Assembly (NCBI GenBank): GCA_002269645.1
Contig: NIVC01000806.1
Location: 1 to 64,000 of the forward strand
Source of the DNA: Macrostomum lignano
Lineage: Eukaryota
DNA: 64,000 bases
Direction: 5' to 3'
Part shown: positions 1 through 10,773 of the stretch, piece by piece
How the letters are laid out: each line of letters opens with the position of its first letter
How positions within the stretch are numbered: the stretch's first letter is position 1
Translations under genes and position numbers: made by a program
The notes under the pieces: model-generated
What the model was told of the DNA's origin: nothing
Databases searched by the model: none
The model's input: only the letters and a program-made list of their open reading frames with translations

Positions 1-721
1 CACAAGGTTTGGATGGGAAAAGGACAAAGCATTGGCATGTCCCATTGAAGTGACACATTTTGGCTCTAGAAAGTTCCCATCCAGATTGAATGTATTTTAA
101 CCAATGAATGCGCTCCAAATAGCAAAAGCTGAGGACACGACCCCAACCTCAACCAATGAAAAGCAGTGATGTACCATCCAATGCGATTAAGACTGAAAAG
201 TACTATAAAAGCTCATGTTAACCAACCAAGAAGCTCGCCTTTTCTCTTCTCCGCGCCTCTTCTCACCCTCGCCTCTCTTTTGCCCTTCTCCTAGCCTACC
301 TCCTTTGACTATTTTGATTGACACAGTTAGGGTCTCAACCCAAACGCTAAAACTGATAAATTGACTCACTAAAGCTAAACCAACACCGAATCCACGTTCT
401 ACAATAGACTGAACCTTCGGTTCACCTGAACTATTAGAAACCCCTTGTAACTTAAGCTGAACGAGCTTCTTATTTGGAATTCCATCTTAGACACTATATT
501 TTGTAAGATAACACCTCGAGATTGTGACCATCAAATACAACGGTCTGTAAGTTACCATAAAGTGTTTGCATCATCAGGAAAAGTCAGTTGAATCCGCCGC
601 CTCAGTTATTTGGCTCTCACATTGATATTTGAAGTACAATAGAACAAGAGCCATAGAAGTGAGAGACCAGAAGAAGAAAATAACCCACATATATATTTTA
701 AAATATTTCACTATAGCTTTT

Positions 722-917
722 ACTGGGGGGGGGTATTTATCCCCCTGTTCCCCGGTGGCGACGCACCTGGCTGGCACCCATTTTACAGCTCGGTGAACTG
801 AAGCAGTGCAGAGTTAAGACTCTAGCGTAAGGACAAAAATTGTTCCAGTGGGATCAGGAATCGAACTCCAGACCTTCAAGTCGTGAGTCCGACGCTCTAA
901 CCACTGGGCTACAACCC
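722..917 (-). mobile_element. tRNA-derived SINE (family A)
   Basis: The reverse complement of 850-917 is tRNA-like (GGGTTGTAGCCCAGTGGTTAGAGCGTCGGACTCACGACTTGAAGGTCTGGAGTTCGATTCC) with Pol III A and B boxes. It is followed by the body ...AACTCTGCACTGCTTCAGTTCACCGAGCTG, which recurs at 48374-48402. Confidence 0.7.
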
Positions 918-1007
918 ATACTGCAACCCCTACTTGACCTAAGAATAACTTTCAATTTGACCTTTGACATCTCAAATAATAATTAGTAAATAAATTCTCT
1001 CGCCCAG

Positions 1008-3151
1008 GACGGCAAGCTCGTTGAACGCGAAGTTCGTCGTTGGCCGCGTCAGAAGTTGCCAAATCTGATGGTTCGCTACAAGGTGTGCGAGCCGTACGCC
1101 AGCAACTACGGCAAGCGATCGGTTAAGCGCGCCGCCTCCCTAGCTATGCGACCAATCCTGCCGTCGACCAGGCGAATCTACGAACGCCCGATCTACATGG
1201 TGCCGCGCTCCATTGTCAACGATAATAAGCGACGCCTGCTGGCCAGGCACGCGATGAAGGATATTCGAGAGCCTGGACCGGGCTGTGCTTACCGTTTGCC
1301 AGCTAAAGTGACTCTGCAGGAAGGAGAGCAGTGCAAGCGCTATCGAGAGCATCAGGCAGTGAGTAATTCTACTGAGTACGAGAGCGTAAATCGGGGGTCG
1401 GCGAACTTTTTTACCTGAAGAACCAGATGAAGAACCTAGCTAATAGCCACGGGTCAGGAGAGAAGGGGAGGGAATAGAGGAGAGAAGAGGGGCGAGAGGA
1501 GAGGAGAGAAAGAGACAGGTTGCTAAGAGAGCTAAGAAGAGATGCAAACCTTGAGCGGGCCGGATTGCTATGTCCTTTATGTCTTTCTGAAATCGTTGAA
1601 ATCTTTCTTCATTTCAGGCGAAGTACATTAGGGAGACCAGGTAAGTTTTACCGTTTTTCTTAATCTGTTGACGACAAAAGCCTAAAATATTTAAACGGTT
1701 CTGAGAAACATTCAGAAGGTTAGCATCAGCTCCATTGCTATCCAACTATTCGAGTAGCTGCCAAGTAATCACGATTCCGCATCACGATCAACAAACAAAC
1801 AAACAAAATTCGAAGCAAATAACAACAAAGTGCGAATGGCTTGGACCACCAAGAGCGGAATTACGATTGTACAGCTCGTCTTATTCGTCAGGTGGACGGT
1901 GGACGGTCTTGTTGTAGTTGATTAATGCCATAGAGAGCTCATTCACTCGTAGATGTAGTTCCAGGATCGACCAACTTTTTTCCCTCAAGGGCCAGATAAA
2001 ATATCTAGCTCATTGCTGCAGGGGCCAGGTGTGAAAGGAAAGGAGAGGAGAGGGAAAAAGAGGAGAGAAATTCGAGCTAAAAGGAGAGAAGAGATAAGAG
2101 ACGATTAGAGAAGAGAGGAGAGAGGGAGAAGAGAGAAGAGAAAATATACAAGAGAGCTGAGAAGAGACACAAAGCTTCGCTGGCAGCATGTTAGGTATCG
2201 CGGGCCAGAGTTTATATGATACACAAGGCAGTCCAGATGCTGAAAACGATTTGTTTTCATGCTTTCCTCAAGATGAGCATGCTTAGAGAACAACACTGTC
2301 AAAGCGAGCTATGTCGGCTCACAAGTCTCACTCTGGAAACAACAACAGCAGCATTCCCAGTGGGATTTACTCTCAAGCTTCCTGCAGGTAACTAGCCAGC
2401 CCTATTCGGCGGCGCGTCTTTGTCGCTTAGGGGTAGGGGGCAGCATCAAGTCCTGGCAGCGAAGAGCGCGGGACAACGTTGCGGCTTCTGGATCAGTGGC
2501 AGGGGGAATTTGACTCAATTTGACAGGTACATATCTGGCCGATGCTGGCGTCAAATAGTTCGAGACAGCGCCGCAGGGAGCAGCAGCAACAACAACAAAA
2601 ACAACAACAGTAAAAAATCATCAGGAACAGAGGATGAAACAAAGAAATAGGAGAACAATGCCGTAACCTAACATGTAATAAGTAAATGAACAATACTATA
2701 GCGACCACAGCATGAGGAATACCGCAGGAGGAAAGCGTGGAACACTTGTTGGACTGCCCGGCGACCCGGTGGAAGAGAGAGGAGATGGACATCCGGGATC
2801 TCGCGGATCTTAACAACAAGGCCGAGAGGGTGCTCGACTTCTGGAGATGGATCAGGGGCAGGAAGGTCAATTGCATCAACAAAACATGCTGTTACAAGAG
2901 TATCATATAGTTAATTGATTGCAATTTCAAAAGAGGCTAAACGAACAACTTAAACAAAAATGATGTGGATTCTCTAGCAGTGCGTTTATTAATAATTCAT
3001 TACCACTCGCTCAACGCGTCCCTGCAGAGAACGAATTGAATACGAGGAGCAACGGAAGGAGAAGCACAGGCAAGCGGAAGCCAGCTTCAGTAGCGGAACG
3101 ATTAGCCCAGCGCGCCTGTCAGTTGAGCAATGCATAAATAATGCCTTGTAG
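1008..3151 (+). CDS. 3' portion of an uncharacterised spliced gene (basic region plus charged coiled-coil-like C-terminus); upstream exons not identified
   Basis: Three phase-compatible GT-AG exons: 1008-1358 (DGKLVERE...REHQA), 1618-1640 (AKYIRET+AG) and 3028-3151 (A+ERIEYEEQRKEKHRQ...CINNAL*). No family recognised. Confidence 0.65.
2710..2890 (+). mobile_element. 5'-truncated non-LTR retrotransposon stub (C-terminal Zn-knuckle region)
   Basis: Translates as ...QEESVEHLLDCPATRWKREEMDIRDLADLNNKAERVLDFWRWI, resembling the E-x-x-E-H-L-L-x-C-P end of LINE ORF2 proteins. Confidence 0.5.
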
Positions 3152-3809
3152 GAAGGAACTGGAGGAACTGCTCAAACTCGTCACCTCTAAAGCTATTATT
3201 TTTCCTTTAATAAATAGTTACATTAATAGCTCTTTATTATAAATAGAGTTCTTTAAGTACTACACGTACAACCAAAATTAGTTATAAAGTTAGTTTTTTT
3301 GCAAAAAACGTCTACCAATATTTGCATTGTCAGTGCAGTGACTTGTCGGTTGAAAACTAACCCAAAACAGTTTATTAAGTTTTTTCTTTATTTTAATCTG
3401 TTAGTATAAACTGTGTGTGGGTGGTATTATATTTATTTTGACTACATTGTTCTATCAACTGTCAAAACTGAATTGCTTGCTTTCTACCGTGCCCAAATAC
3501 ATTTCACGCGTATCTATACTTTTACTGCAACTTTCAATAAACCACAGCATTTACAGCACTGATAATAAAATAATATTATCATTAATTATAATAATGATAT
3601 TATAGTGACTAACAATCATTGGGTCCTTCACTTTCCTATCATTTCCTATCATAAATGCTAACTTTATAAAACGCATTTTTTATCGTAAGCCTTGTTAAAT
3701 ACAGTAAATATGGAAAAATGTACCCTATGAATTAATGACAAAGAATTCATAATATTCAATAATTTGCAATCAGCATACTAAGCCTTCTACGGCACTGCAA
3801 TAATAGTAA

Positions 3810-6075
3810 ATCTCTACGCGAGATCATGTCCATGAGAATTATGGACTGTGATGTTATCGGTCTCCAGGAGGTGTCTATCAAGGCTGATCCGGGGCTTCAC
3901 TGCAAGGATCTGGGCGCCGGATGGATCCTTTACTACACATCGGCGGACCAACGAGGCCGTGTAGGAGTTGGAGCGCTGGTCGGACCGAGGCTGCATCAGA
4001 GCTGTCGCTGCGTCTCTCTGTCCCCTCGGCTGCTTCGGGTGGACGTCCGGCTTCGCGGCCGGAACGTTTGCCTGTTCTGCGCGTATGTGTGCCCCTGCCA
4101 CCCGTCCTTATGAGGTGCTCAAGACTTCTTCGAGCAGCTTTCGGTACAGGTAGCGCAGCGTGATACAGTGATCATCCTCGGAGACCTGTACAGGGTTTTG
4201 CGTAGGTTTGAGCGGTCTCTGTTTGTTACACCGCGTGAGAACAGCAACACCGGAGCGCTGGAGGACTTCCTAGAGAGGCAGGACATGGTGTCGGCCAAAT
4301 ACTCTTTTCCGCAAGCCGCCGGGCAGGCTCGTAACGTGTTGTGGGCTGCAAGTGCAGGCGGCGAAATGCGCGTGGACGGAAGGCAACACAGGCACAGCTC
4401 GATCACGTGCTGGTGCGCTTCCGAGAGCGCCGCCGCGTCATCAATTGGGCCGCGCCATCATGTCGCTGGCTCTGCGGTCCGATTATCGGTTCCTCTTCTG
4501 CGACCTTCGTCTTCGCGATCCGCTCTACCGTCCGCTGAAGTGGCCATCGCGGCGCTACTACCATGCGCTAAGGGACTCCGACACGAACAGCCGCTTTGCC
4601 AGCGCTTTCATAACTGCGCTCGGCGGCAAGCGTGGAGGTACCGAGTACGCGGAGGTGTGTGCTACAGTTCGAGCCGCCGCGGAACAAGCAGTCCCGCTGA
4701 TGCGACCGGCCCAGCGGAGGCAGTCGGTATGGCAAGACAACCCTGCGATTCGGCAAGCGAGGTAAGAGCTAGAAAGGTTTCGTTTGAGCTGGCGACCAAC
4801 CCGCGGGCAGAGGAGGCCTTGGCGGCTGTCTATCTGCAGCGCCAGCAGGCTGCTGTTGATGACGCCATTCGGGCCGTCTCCGCCACTGAGCCTGTGGCCT
4901 GGTCGGCGGCTATCAACGCTCTGACAGGGTGAAATCGGCGCATTCGTCTAAACCTGGCAGGCGACTCTGCGGACAAGCACAGGAACGAGCTGCGTGAGTT
5001 CTTCGCCGCTATTGTCAACGCGCCGCCACCCCCGCTGCCAGACATTCTGACGCTGCCGCCGGAGATACCGCTGCCGGCAGAGGTGAGTTTCAGCCTAGAA
5101 CCAGTCAGCACAGCCGACGTTGTGAGGCTCGCCCAACAGTTACCGGCGGGAATGCGCTGGGTCCGGACGAGGTGCCCATCGAGGCGCTGCGCATTCACTG
5201 TGTGGCCGGTGAGGTCGCCAGAGTGATGAATCGCGTGCTCTTCGGTGAGGAGGCACCCAACGAATGAACCACGGTGCACATCGTTGCATTTTCTAAGATG
5301 CCGGGCACCACATGGTATGAAAAGCATCGAGGTATCTGCCTTCAGACCTGCCCTGTTCAACCGGATGCTGCTATCTTGGTTTCAGCCCGTGTTGGATCCG
5401 TACCTGCGCCAGAGCAGCTGATTTCCGCCATCATGGCGATGTACTGCGATACGAAAGCTGCTGTTTCAAAACCTGACGGCCTATCGGACTTCTTTGAGAC
5501 ATCCTTTGGGGTGTTTCAGGGAGATACGCTTGCGCCGTTCCTGTTCGTTTTGGTGCTTGACTGGGTGCTGCGGACCGCTCTTCCTACCAACGACGACGGC
5601 TTTCTGCTGTTGCGGCGACGCGTGGGTCGACGTCAACCGGAGAGGCGTCTCAGCGTGCTTGGCTACGCTAACGATCTCGTTCTGCTGTCCTCAACTGTCG
5701 AGGGCGCACAGCGACAACTGGACAAGCTAGTTGCTGTTGCGGCGAGTGTCGGCCTGGTGGTCAACACGCAGAAAACCGTCGTGCTCTGCGTGCCGGACGA
5801 CATTGGGGCTGCGATTTTGTGCCCAGGCGCTGACGGAGCCTCCGCGTTGTCAGCAGTTCGTCTACCTCGGCGGTCTGGTTCCCGGCGTCCGCGAGGATCT
5901 GCGGCGTCGCCGCGGGCTTGCCTGGGCTGCCTTTTGTTCTGTGAGAGCGGTCCTGCAGTACGAGGCCTTACCTGACCGCCAGAGGGCGGCGCTGTTCCAG
6001 GCGGTGATCGAGACCGTCCTGTTGTATAGTACAACGCCGAGCCCTGGACGCTAACGGAGTCGCTCGAGCAACAAG
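3810..6075 (+). mobile_element. Decayed RTE-like non-LTR retrotransposon (APE endonuclease + RT), frameshifted and 3'-truncated
   Basis: APE motifs DVIGLQEV and IILGDL. RT motifs GVFQGDTLAPFLFVLVLDWVLR and LGYANDL (YADD mutated). Spread over several frames. Confidence 0.9.
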
Positions 6076-6272
6076 AATGAGTTAGGAATCAACTGGCAGA
6101 GCCACACCCGGGTTCAAATTAATATGTTAAATAATCCGAATTTTCTGACAAAATGTTAATTTCGGACGTTTGAAAGTTGGCGTTTCGAAAGTCCAATGAA
6201 AGCAATCAATGCAGAGCTGATGCTTTCTGCTTTGATTGCACGATTCACATAATTTGCGAGTACATAGCGTCA

Positions 6273-7818
6273 CAGGGACAACTTAAACTACCGGGACGCG
6301 AAACAAACCAAATCATGGCGAAAAAAGTTGGGGGCTCGTTTGAGTCTATGGGCGCCCGATTTCTCATGCATCAAATGCTTAGCTTAGCTGCTGAAAAGAC
6401 TAAGGCCACAGTATTATTTTTGCTTTAAAAGGTTCAGTAAGTTGTCTAAAAGGTTTTTTATTCAGTTTTAAATATGCTTTTTCAGAGCACAATGACATAC
6501 AATTAGACACGCGAGATATTCACGTAGAAAAGGTTTAAACTTAGCATGGTGTATATATGGTGGAACGGAACTGAACATAACTTTTTTGAGGAGGAACTTA
6601 TACGGGGACCTGTATACTGTATAGGAAAAACTGGTGTACGAAGCGAAAATTACATATATTTAAGCATGTGAGATAAGCACGAGAAAAAAGTTTAAAAGCA
6701 TGAAATGGTGAGTGTACAAAAGTACAACGCAACTCGTACTTGTAGAATAGAACACAGAAAATAGGACTAAACAGAACGAATTTTAGGAGGAACCCAGATA
6801 AGGAGCAGCTAGATATGAAAGACTTCGGATTGGAAAATTTGAAACTCCTAAGACAGAATACTAAAAACTATTTGGCCTCCCAGTTTGCGTAGCTTTCTGT
6901 CGTGCGATGTAGTCGGCGCAGGTGCAACCTTCGATGAGCGCTTTACAGGCCTTTAAAATAAACATTCGTAAGCCGACGACTCATTGAAGACTTGGAGAGC
7001 GAGTGTTACCTTCGTTTTTCTGTATGCTTGAACTGAAGGATAGCAAGCTTCGTGGGTTAATTCCGTTCGTTTGACGACGTGATATTCTTCTGATTTGTAC
7101 AGTCGGATCACGTCCATCCATTTGGCCGATATAACTGTCTGCACCTGGCGGTTGAATTTAAGGTTCCATTGGATTCAGTTTGCCAATTATTGCAAGTCTC
7201 GAATCAAAACTGGCGTATGCATAATGAATGCGCGAACGGAGAAGTTTGGGGCAATAAAAACTGTCTGTCTGTCCGTCTGTATCAAGCACGAAGAGGGAAA
7301 GCCAGAGAAGACAGAAGGCGGATCTTTCGGTCTTTCATGTCGACCATTCTTTAACATCGGGTGTCACTTGGCCAGTGCTTTTGGCATATGTCCATGTGTT
7401 CAGTCACTTTCTAGAATGGTAAATTTTATCGCAGTGGTTATTTTTAACAATTAGTTTGTAAATAAATTCATCCACGCATACCAGCGTATGATCGCTTAGA
7501 ATTAACATCCTCTTTACCTCAAAAATATTTGGTAGAGTTTGTCTCCAACGCTCCCGTTCTCGTGCATCTCAAGGAAGAGCAAATATCGTTGTTCGGCTTT
7601 CTTCTGAGTTATAGTTTGATCTGCAGTTAAAGACGCTGCACTTTCTCGACATTTTTCAGTCGCACAAGAGTTGAGGGCTTTTTATTTGCCCTCACACCTC
7701 TTTATAGACTGAAGAGTTGTAGTTGGAACGGCCATAGAACACTGCTTTCAAACGAGCCCCCAACTTTTTTCACCATGATTTGGCTTGTTTCGCGTCCCGG
7801 TAGTTTTAGTTGTCCCTG
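6273..7818 (-). mobile_element. Non-autonomous, internally deleted P-element-superfamily DNA transposon
   Basis: 71-bp TIRs starting CAGGG (6273-6343 / 7748-7818, 3 mismatches) and 8-bp TSD TAGCGTCA (6265-6272 / 7819-7826). The minus strand from 7652 reads MSRKCSVFNCRSNY...IFALP*DARERERWRQTLPN...LVCV (THAP domain with a stop). A P-transposase-like fragment lies at 6953-7144 (IRLYKSEE..VKRTELT..CYPS...KVTLALQVFNE). Confidence 0.85.
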
Positions 7819-8077
7819 TAGCGTCATTATTCTATATAATGTTCATTAATCCCCCGACAAAAGTACTAAACCTTTGAAAAGAGAATTTGACAACGTCTGG
7901 CACTACAGTGCAGATGGGATTTGATGGGTATGCCATCAAACTGTGTCCATCGACTTATGCAGAATAGCATATTAGGTACGTATTAGACGTCAAATTTAAT
8001 TTTTTTTCGGAAAAGTATAGTTAAGACAAAGCCAATGCAAGTTATCGTTCTTTCATCGTTCCTATAAGTCATAGGTC

Positions 8078-8150
8078 GGCAAACTCCGGCCCGTGGGCCA
8101 CATGTGGCCCGCAGAGCATCTCTATCTGGCCCTCGGGTCCTTTGAAACTT
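8078..8150. mobile_element. hAT/Charlie-like MITE terminal fragment
   Basis: GGTCGGCAAACTCCGGCCCGTGGGCCACATGTGGCCCG resembles hAT-family terminal sequence. Recognised from memory only; the partner end was not found. Confidence 0.4.
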
Positions 8151-8396
8151 CGCAATAGCCATCCGGTCCGCGATCTATGTTTATATCTCTTCTTAGCACT
8201 CTTCTCTCTAATCTCCTCGCTCCTCTCTCCTCTTCTCTCCACTCCTTTCATCTACTTTATTTACTCGCCTCTCCTTTCTCTTATCTCCCTTCTCTCTTCG
8301 CTATTCTCTCTCCTCTCTCCCCTCTTCCGGCCATTCAGCTATTCTCTAGGTTCTCTATTTGACCCTTGAAGTAAACGCCGAACCCAGCTACATGTG

Positions 8397-8589
8397 TGTA
8401 GTGCACTGCTATTGCGGGTCTCTCCTTCGCTCTCTCACTTTAGCCTTCCCCCACGTGCGTGTACGCCCTCGCACTATTACGCAACAGTGGCACGTTGTGC
8501 TCACTAGCTCGTTGTGCTCACTAGTATATATAATGCTTAAATATACGGCCATGAGAGCCTAACTTCTGCACCTACACAAGCGCACTACA
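8397..8589 (+). repeat. 5' LTR of gypsy element 1 (193 bp)
   Basis: Matches 10602-10773 and 15063-15104; TG...CA ends with 8-bp terminal inverted repeats. Confidence 0.92.
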
Positions 8590-10224
8590 ATGGCGTCGCA
8601 GCTAAACTTACCAAGCCCAGCGCGCTTGGACCAGCGAACAGACCCTAACACGGCCCAGACTAAATGGAAAAAGTGGTACGCACAATTTGAACTTTTCGCT
8701 GTGGCTGCAAACATCGAAGACAAAAAGCGGCTTCGCCAGCTTTTGCTGTATACAGCCGGAGAGGACTTGCAGACGATTGCGGCCGGTCTCGGCGACAAAG
8801 AGGCAGCAGGCAAAGACGTTGAAACACTCGTAGCCGCGCTTAACGACCACTTCGACAGCAAGCGGAATCTCCCGTTCACCCGCTATCAGTTCAGGTTGTG
8901 CACGCAGCGGTCTGGCGAGCCCATCGACGAATGGCTCCAGCGCCTCAAAGATGCTGCCGACTGCTGCGGCTTCGAGGGCCTCAGAGACTCCCTGATCCGT
9001 GACCAGATGATCGCCGGCTGCAGTTCAAAGCAGCTTCGCCGCAAGCTGCTAGCGATCGACAACGTCGACCTGGAGCAGGCGCTTCGGGTGGCCAGGGCCA
9101 TGGAGGCAGCGGAGTCGCAGGCCAGCCTCATGGAGACCAGCGCAGCGACCGTGCAGCGGCTGCGCAAGCGCGAGTCCAGCCCGCCAGAGCAGCCGCAGGA
9201 ATCAGCCACACAGACAGCCGATCGCAAGCAGCCAAAGTGCATTTGCTGCGGCAACTTCGGCCACCGCAGCTGCAGCGCAGCGGTAGGCAAGACCTGCAAC
9301 CGATGCGGCAAGCCGAATCACCTCGCCAAGGCCTGCTTGTCCAGGCCAGAGGACGTGCGAGCTCTGCGAGTCGGCAGCGACAGTTTAGGTGAAGAGGACG
9401 ACGTCTTCTGCCTTACCGTGATGGCCTCTGACACGAGCGCGGCAGCGGCTCGGGCTACCGTGCTGGTAGAAGCGACTCCAGCGCAGGTGCTGGTGGACAG
9501 CGGAGCCGACTGTAACATCCTCACCGAGGCAGCCTGGCGGAAGCTCCCGGGGCCCCCAGGCCTGCAGCCGACGACAAAGAGGATATTCCCATATCGCTCA
9601 GCAAAACCTCTGCGCACTCGGGGAGTCTGCAGCCTGCGAGTCTCAGTTGGCCCGAGGGTTCAGCGGGCCAGCTTCATCATCGTCCCCGGTAGCGGCATCA
9701 GTGTGCTCGGCTGTGCAACCTCTACATCCCTGCAGCTGCTGAGTCTGGAGACGCAGGCCCGGGCACCGGCCAGAGAGGCTACAAGTCTGACCGATGCTCT
9801 TAATGACGAGCAACCAGCCCCACGACAGAGTATCGCTGCAGCAGCTCAGCACCGGCGAGTTCGCATTGGAAGGCCCGACCAACAACAGCATCCGCGAGGC
9901 CACTGCTCGGGACCCGGCTCTGAACTTCGTCATGCAGGCGCTGGCGACTGGCAACTGGCGCTTCGGCGCTACAGCCCAGGCGAGCAGCTTCCATTCGCTC
10001 AAGCGAGAGCTTCTGGTGCGGGACGACATGCTGCTCAGGGGCGGCAGGATCGTTGTACCCGCAGCGCTTCAGCAGCAGACCATCAGTTGGGCCCACCAGG
10101 GTCAATTCGGCAGGAGAAAGGCCATCGACCGGCTGCGGAAGGAGTTCTGGTGGCCCGGCATGGTCCGGCAGGCGCAGGCGGCTCTGTCAAGGCGACGCCT
10201 GCACCAGAACATCGGAGGCGGTGA
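8590..10224 (+). CDS. Retrotransposon Gag (CCHC knuckles) fused to aspartic protease; reads out of frame past a deletion junction near 9760-9800
   Basis: Gag core (WKKWYAQFELF...RYQFRLCTQRSGEPIDEWLQRL...IRDQMIAG), Zn knuckles (CNRCGKPNHLAKAC) and protease LVDSGADCNIL. An overlapping frame 9794-10363 has an integrase Zn-binding remnant (WAHQGQFGRRKAIDRLRKEFWWPGM). No RT or RNase H motifs. Confidence 0.85.
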   Translation: MASQLNLPSPARLDQRTDPNTAQTKWKKWYAQFELFAVAANIEDKKRLRQLLLYTAGEDLQTIAAGLGDKEAAGKDVETLVAALNDHFDSKRNLPFTRYQFRLCTQRSGEPIDEWLQRLKDAADCCGFEGLRDSLIRDQMIAGCSSKQLRRKLLAIDNVDLEQALRVARAMEAAESQASLMETSAATVQRLRKRESSPPEQPQESATQTADRKQPKCICCGNFGHRSCSAAVGKTCNRCGKPNHLAKACLSRPEDVRALRVGSDSLGEEDDVFCLTVMASDTSAAAARATVLVEATPAQVLVDSGADCNILTEAAWRKLPGPPGLQPTTKRIFPYRSAKPLRTRGVCSLRVSVGPRVQRASFIIVPGSGISVLGCATSTSLQLLSLETQARAPAREATSLTDALNDEQPAPRQSIAAAAQHRRVRIGRPDQQQHPRGHCSGPGSELRHAGAGDWQLALRRYSPGEQLPFAQARASGAGRHAAQGRQDRCTRSASAADHQLGPPGSIRQEKGHRPAAEGVLVARHGPAGAGGSVKATPAPEHRRR

Positions 10225-10773
10225 CGCGCGCGAGACACTCCCAGCCGGCCAACAGCGGATGGCAGACACAGCAGGAGACGTTCAGCAGCCGTCAGAGCGC
10301 GACTGGAAGCTGGTGACCAGACGGCGCGCCGCTAATTTCAATCGGCGCTGCGCCAGCAAGTAACCGAAGCTGTGCGATTGGCTATTGGAAGTCCACCGGC
10401 TGAGCAGCAACACGTCAGCGGGACACAATGCCACAGCAGCACAGCCGGGCTCTATTAATTGAACAAATTACATATGCGCAAATTACATAAATTTACTTAA
10501 ATGTATCAAATGTTTAAGTTTTTGTTATGCTTAACCTGCGAAGTTATCTAATTTCTACTTCCTAACTCTAAGGCTTTGTACTTTTTTGGTTGGGGGAGAG
10601 ATGTAGTGCACTGCTATTGCGGGTCTCTCCTTCGCTCTCTCACTTTAGCCTTCCCCCACGTGCGTGTACGCCCTCGCACTATTACGCAACAGTGGCACGT
10701 TGTGCTCACTAGCTCGTTGTGCTCACTAGTATATATAATGCTTAAATATACGGCCATGAGAGCCTAACTTCTG

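Noticed and set aside
850-917. Functional tRNA gene
   Set aside because: Anticodon and acceptor stems pair poorly, there is no oligo-T terminator, and it continues into a repeat body shared with 47892-48406. It is treated as a SINE head.
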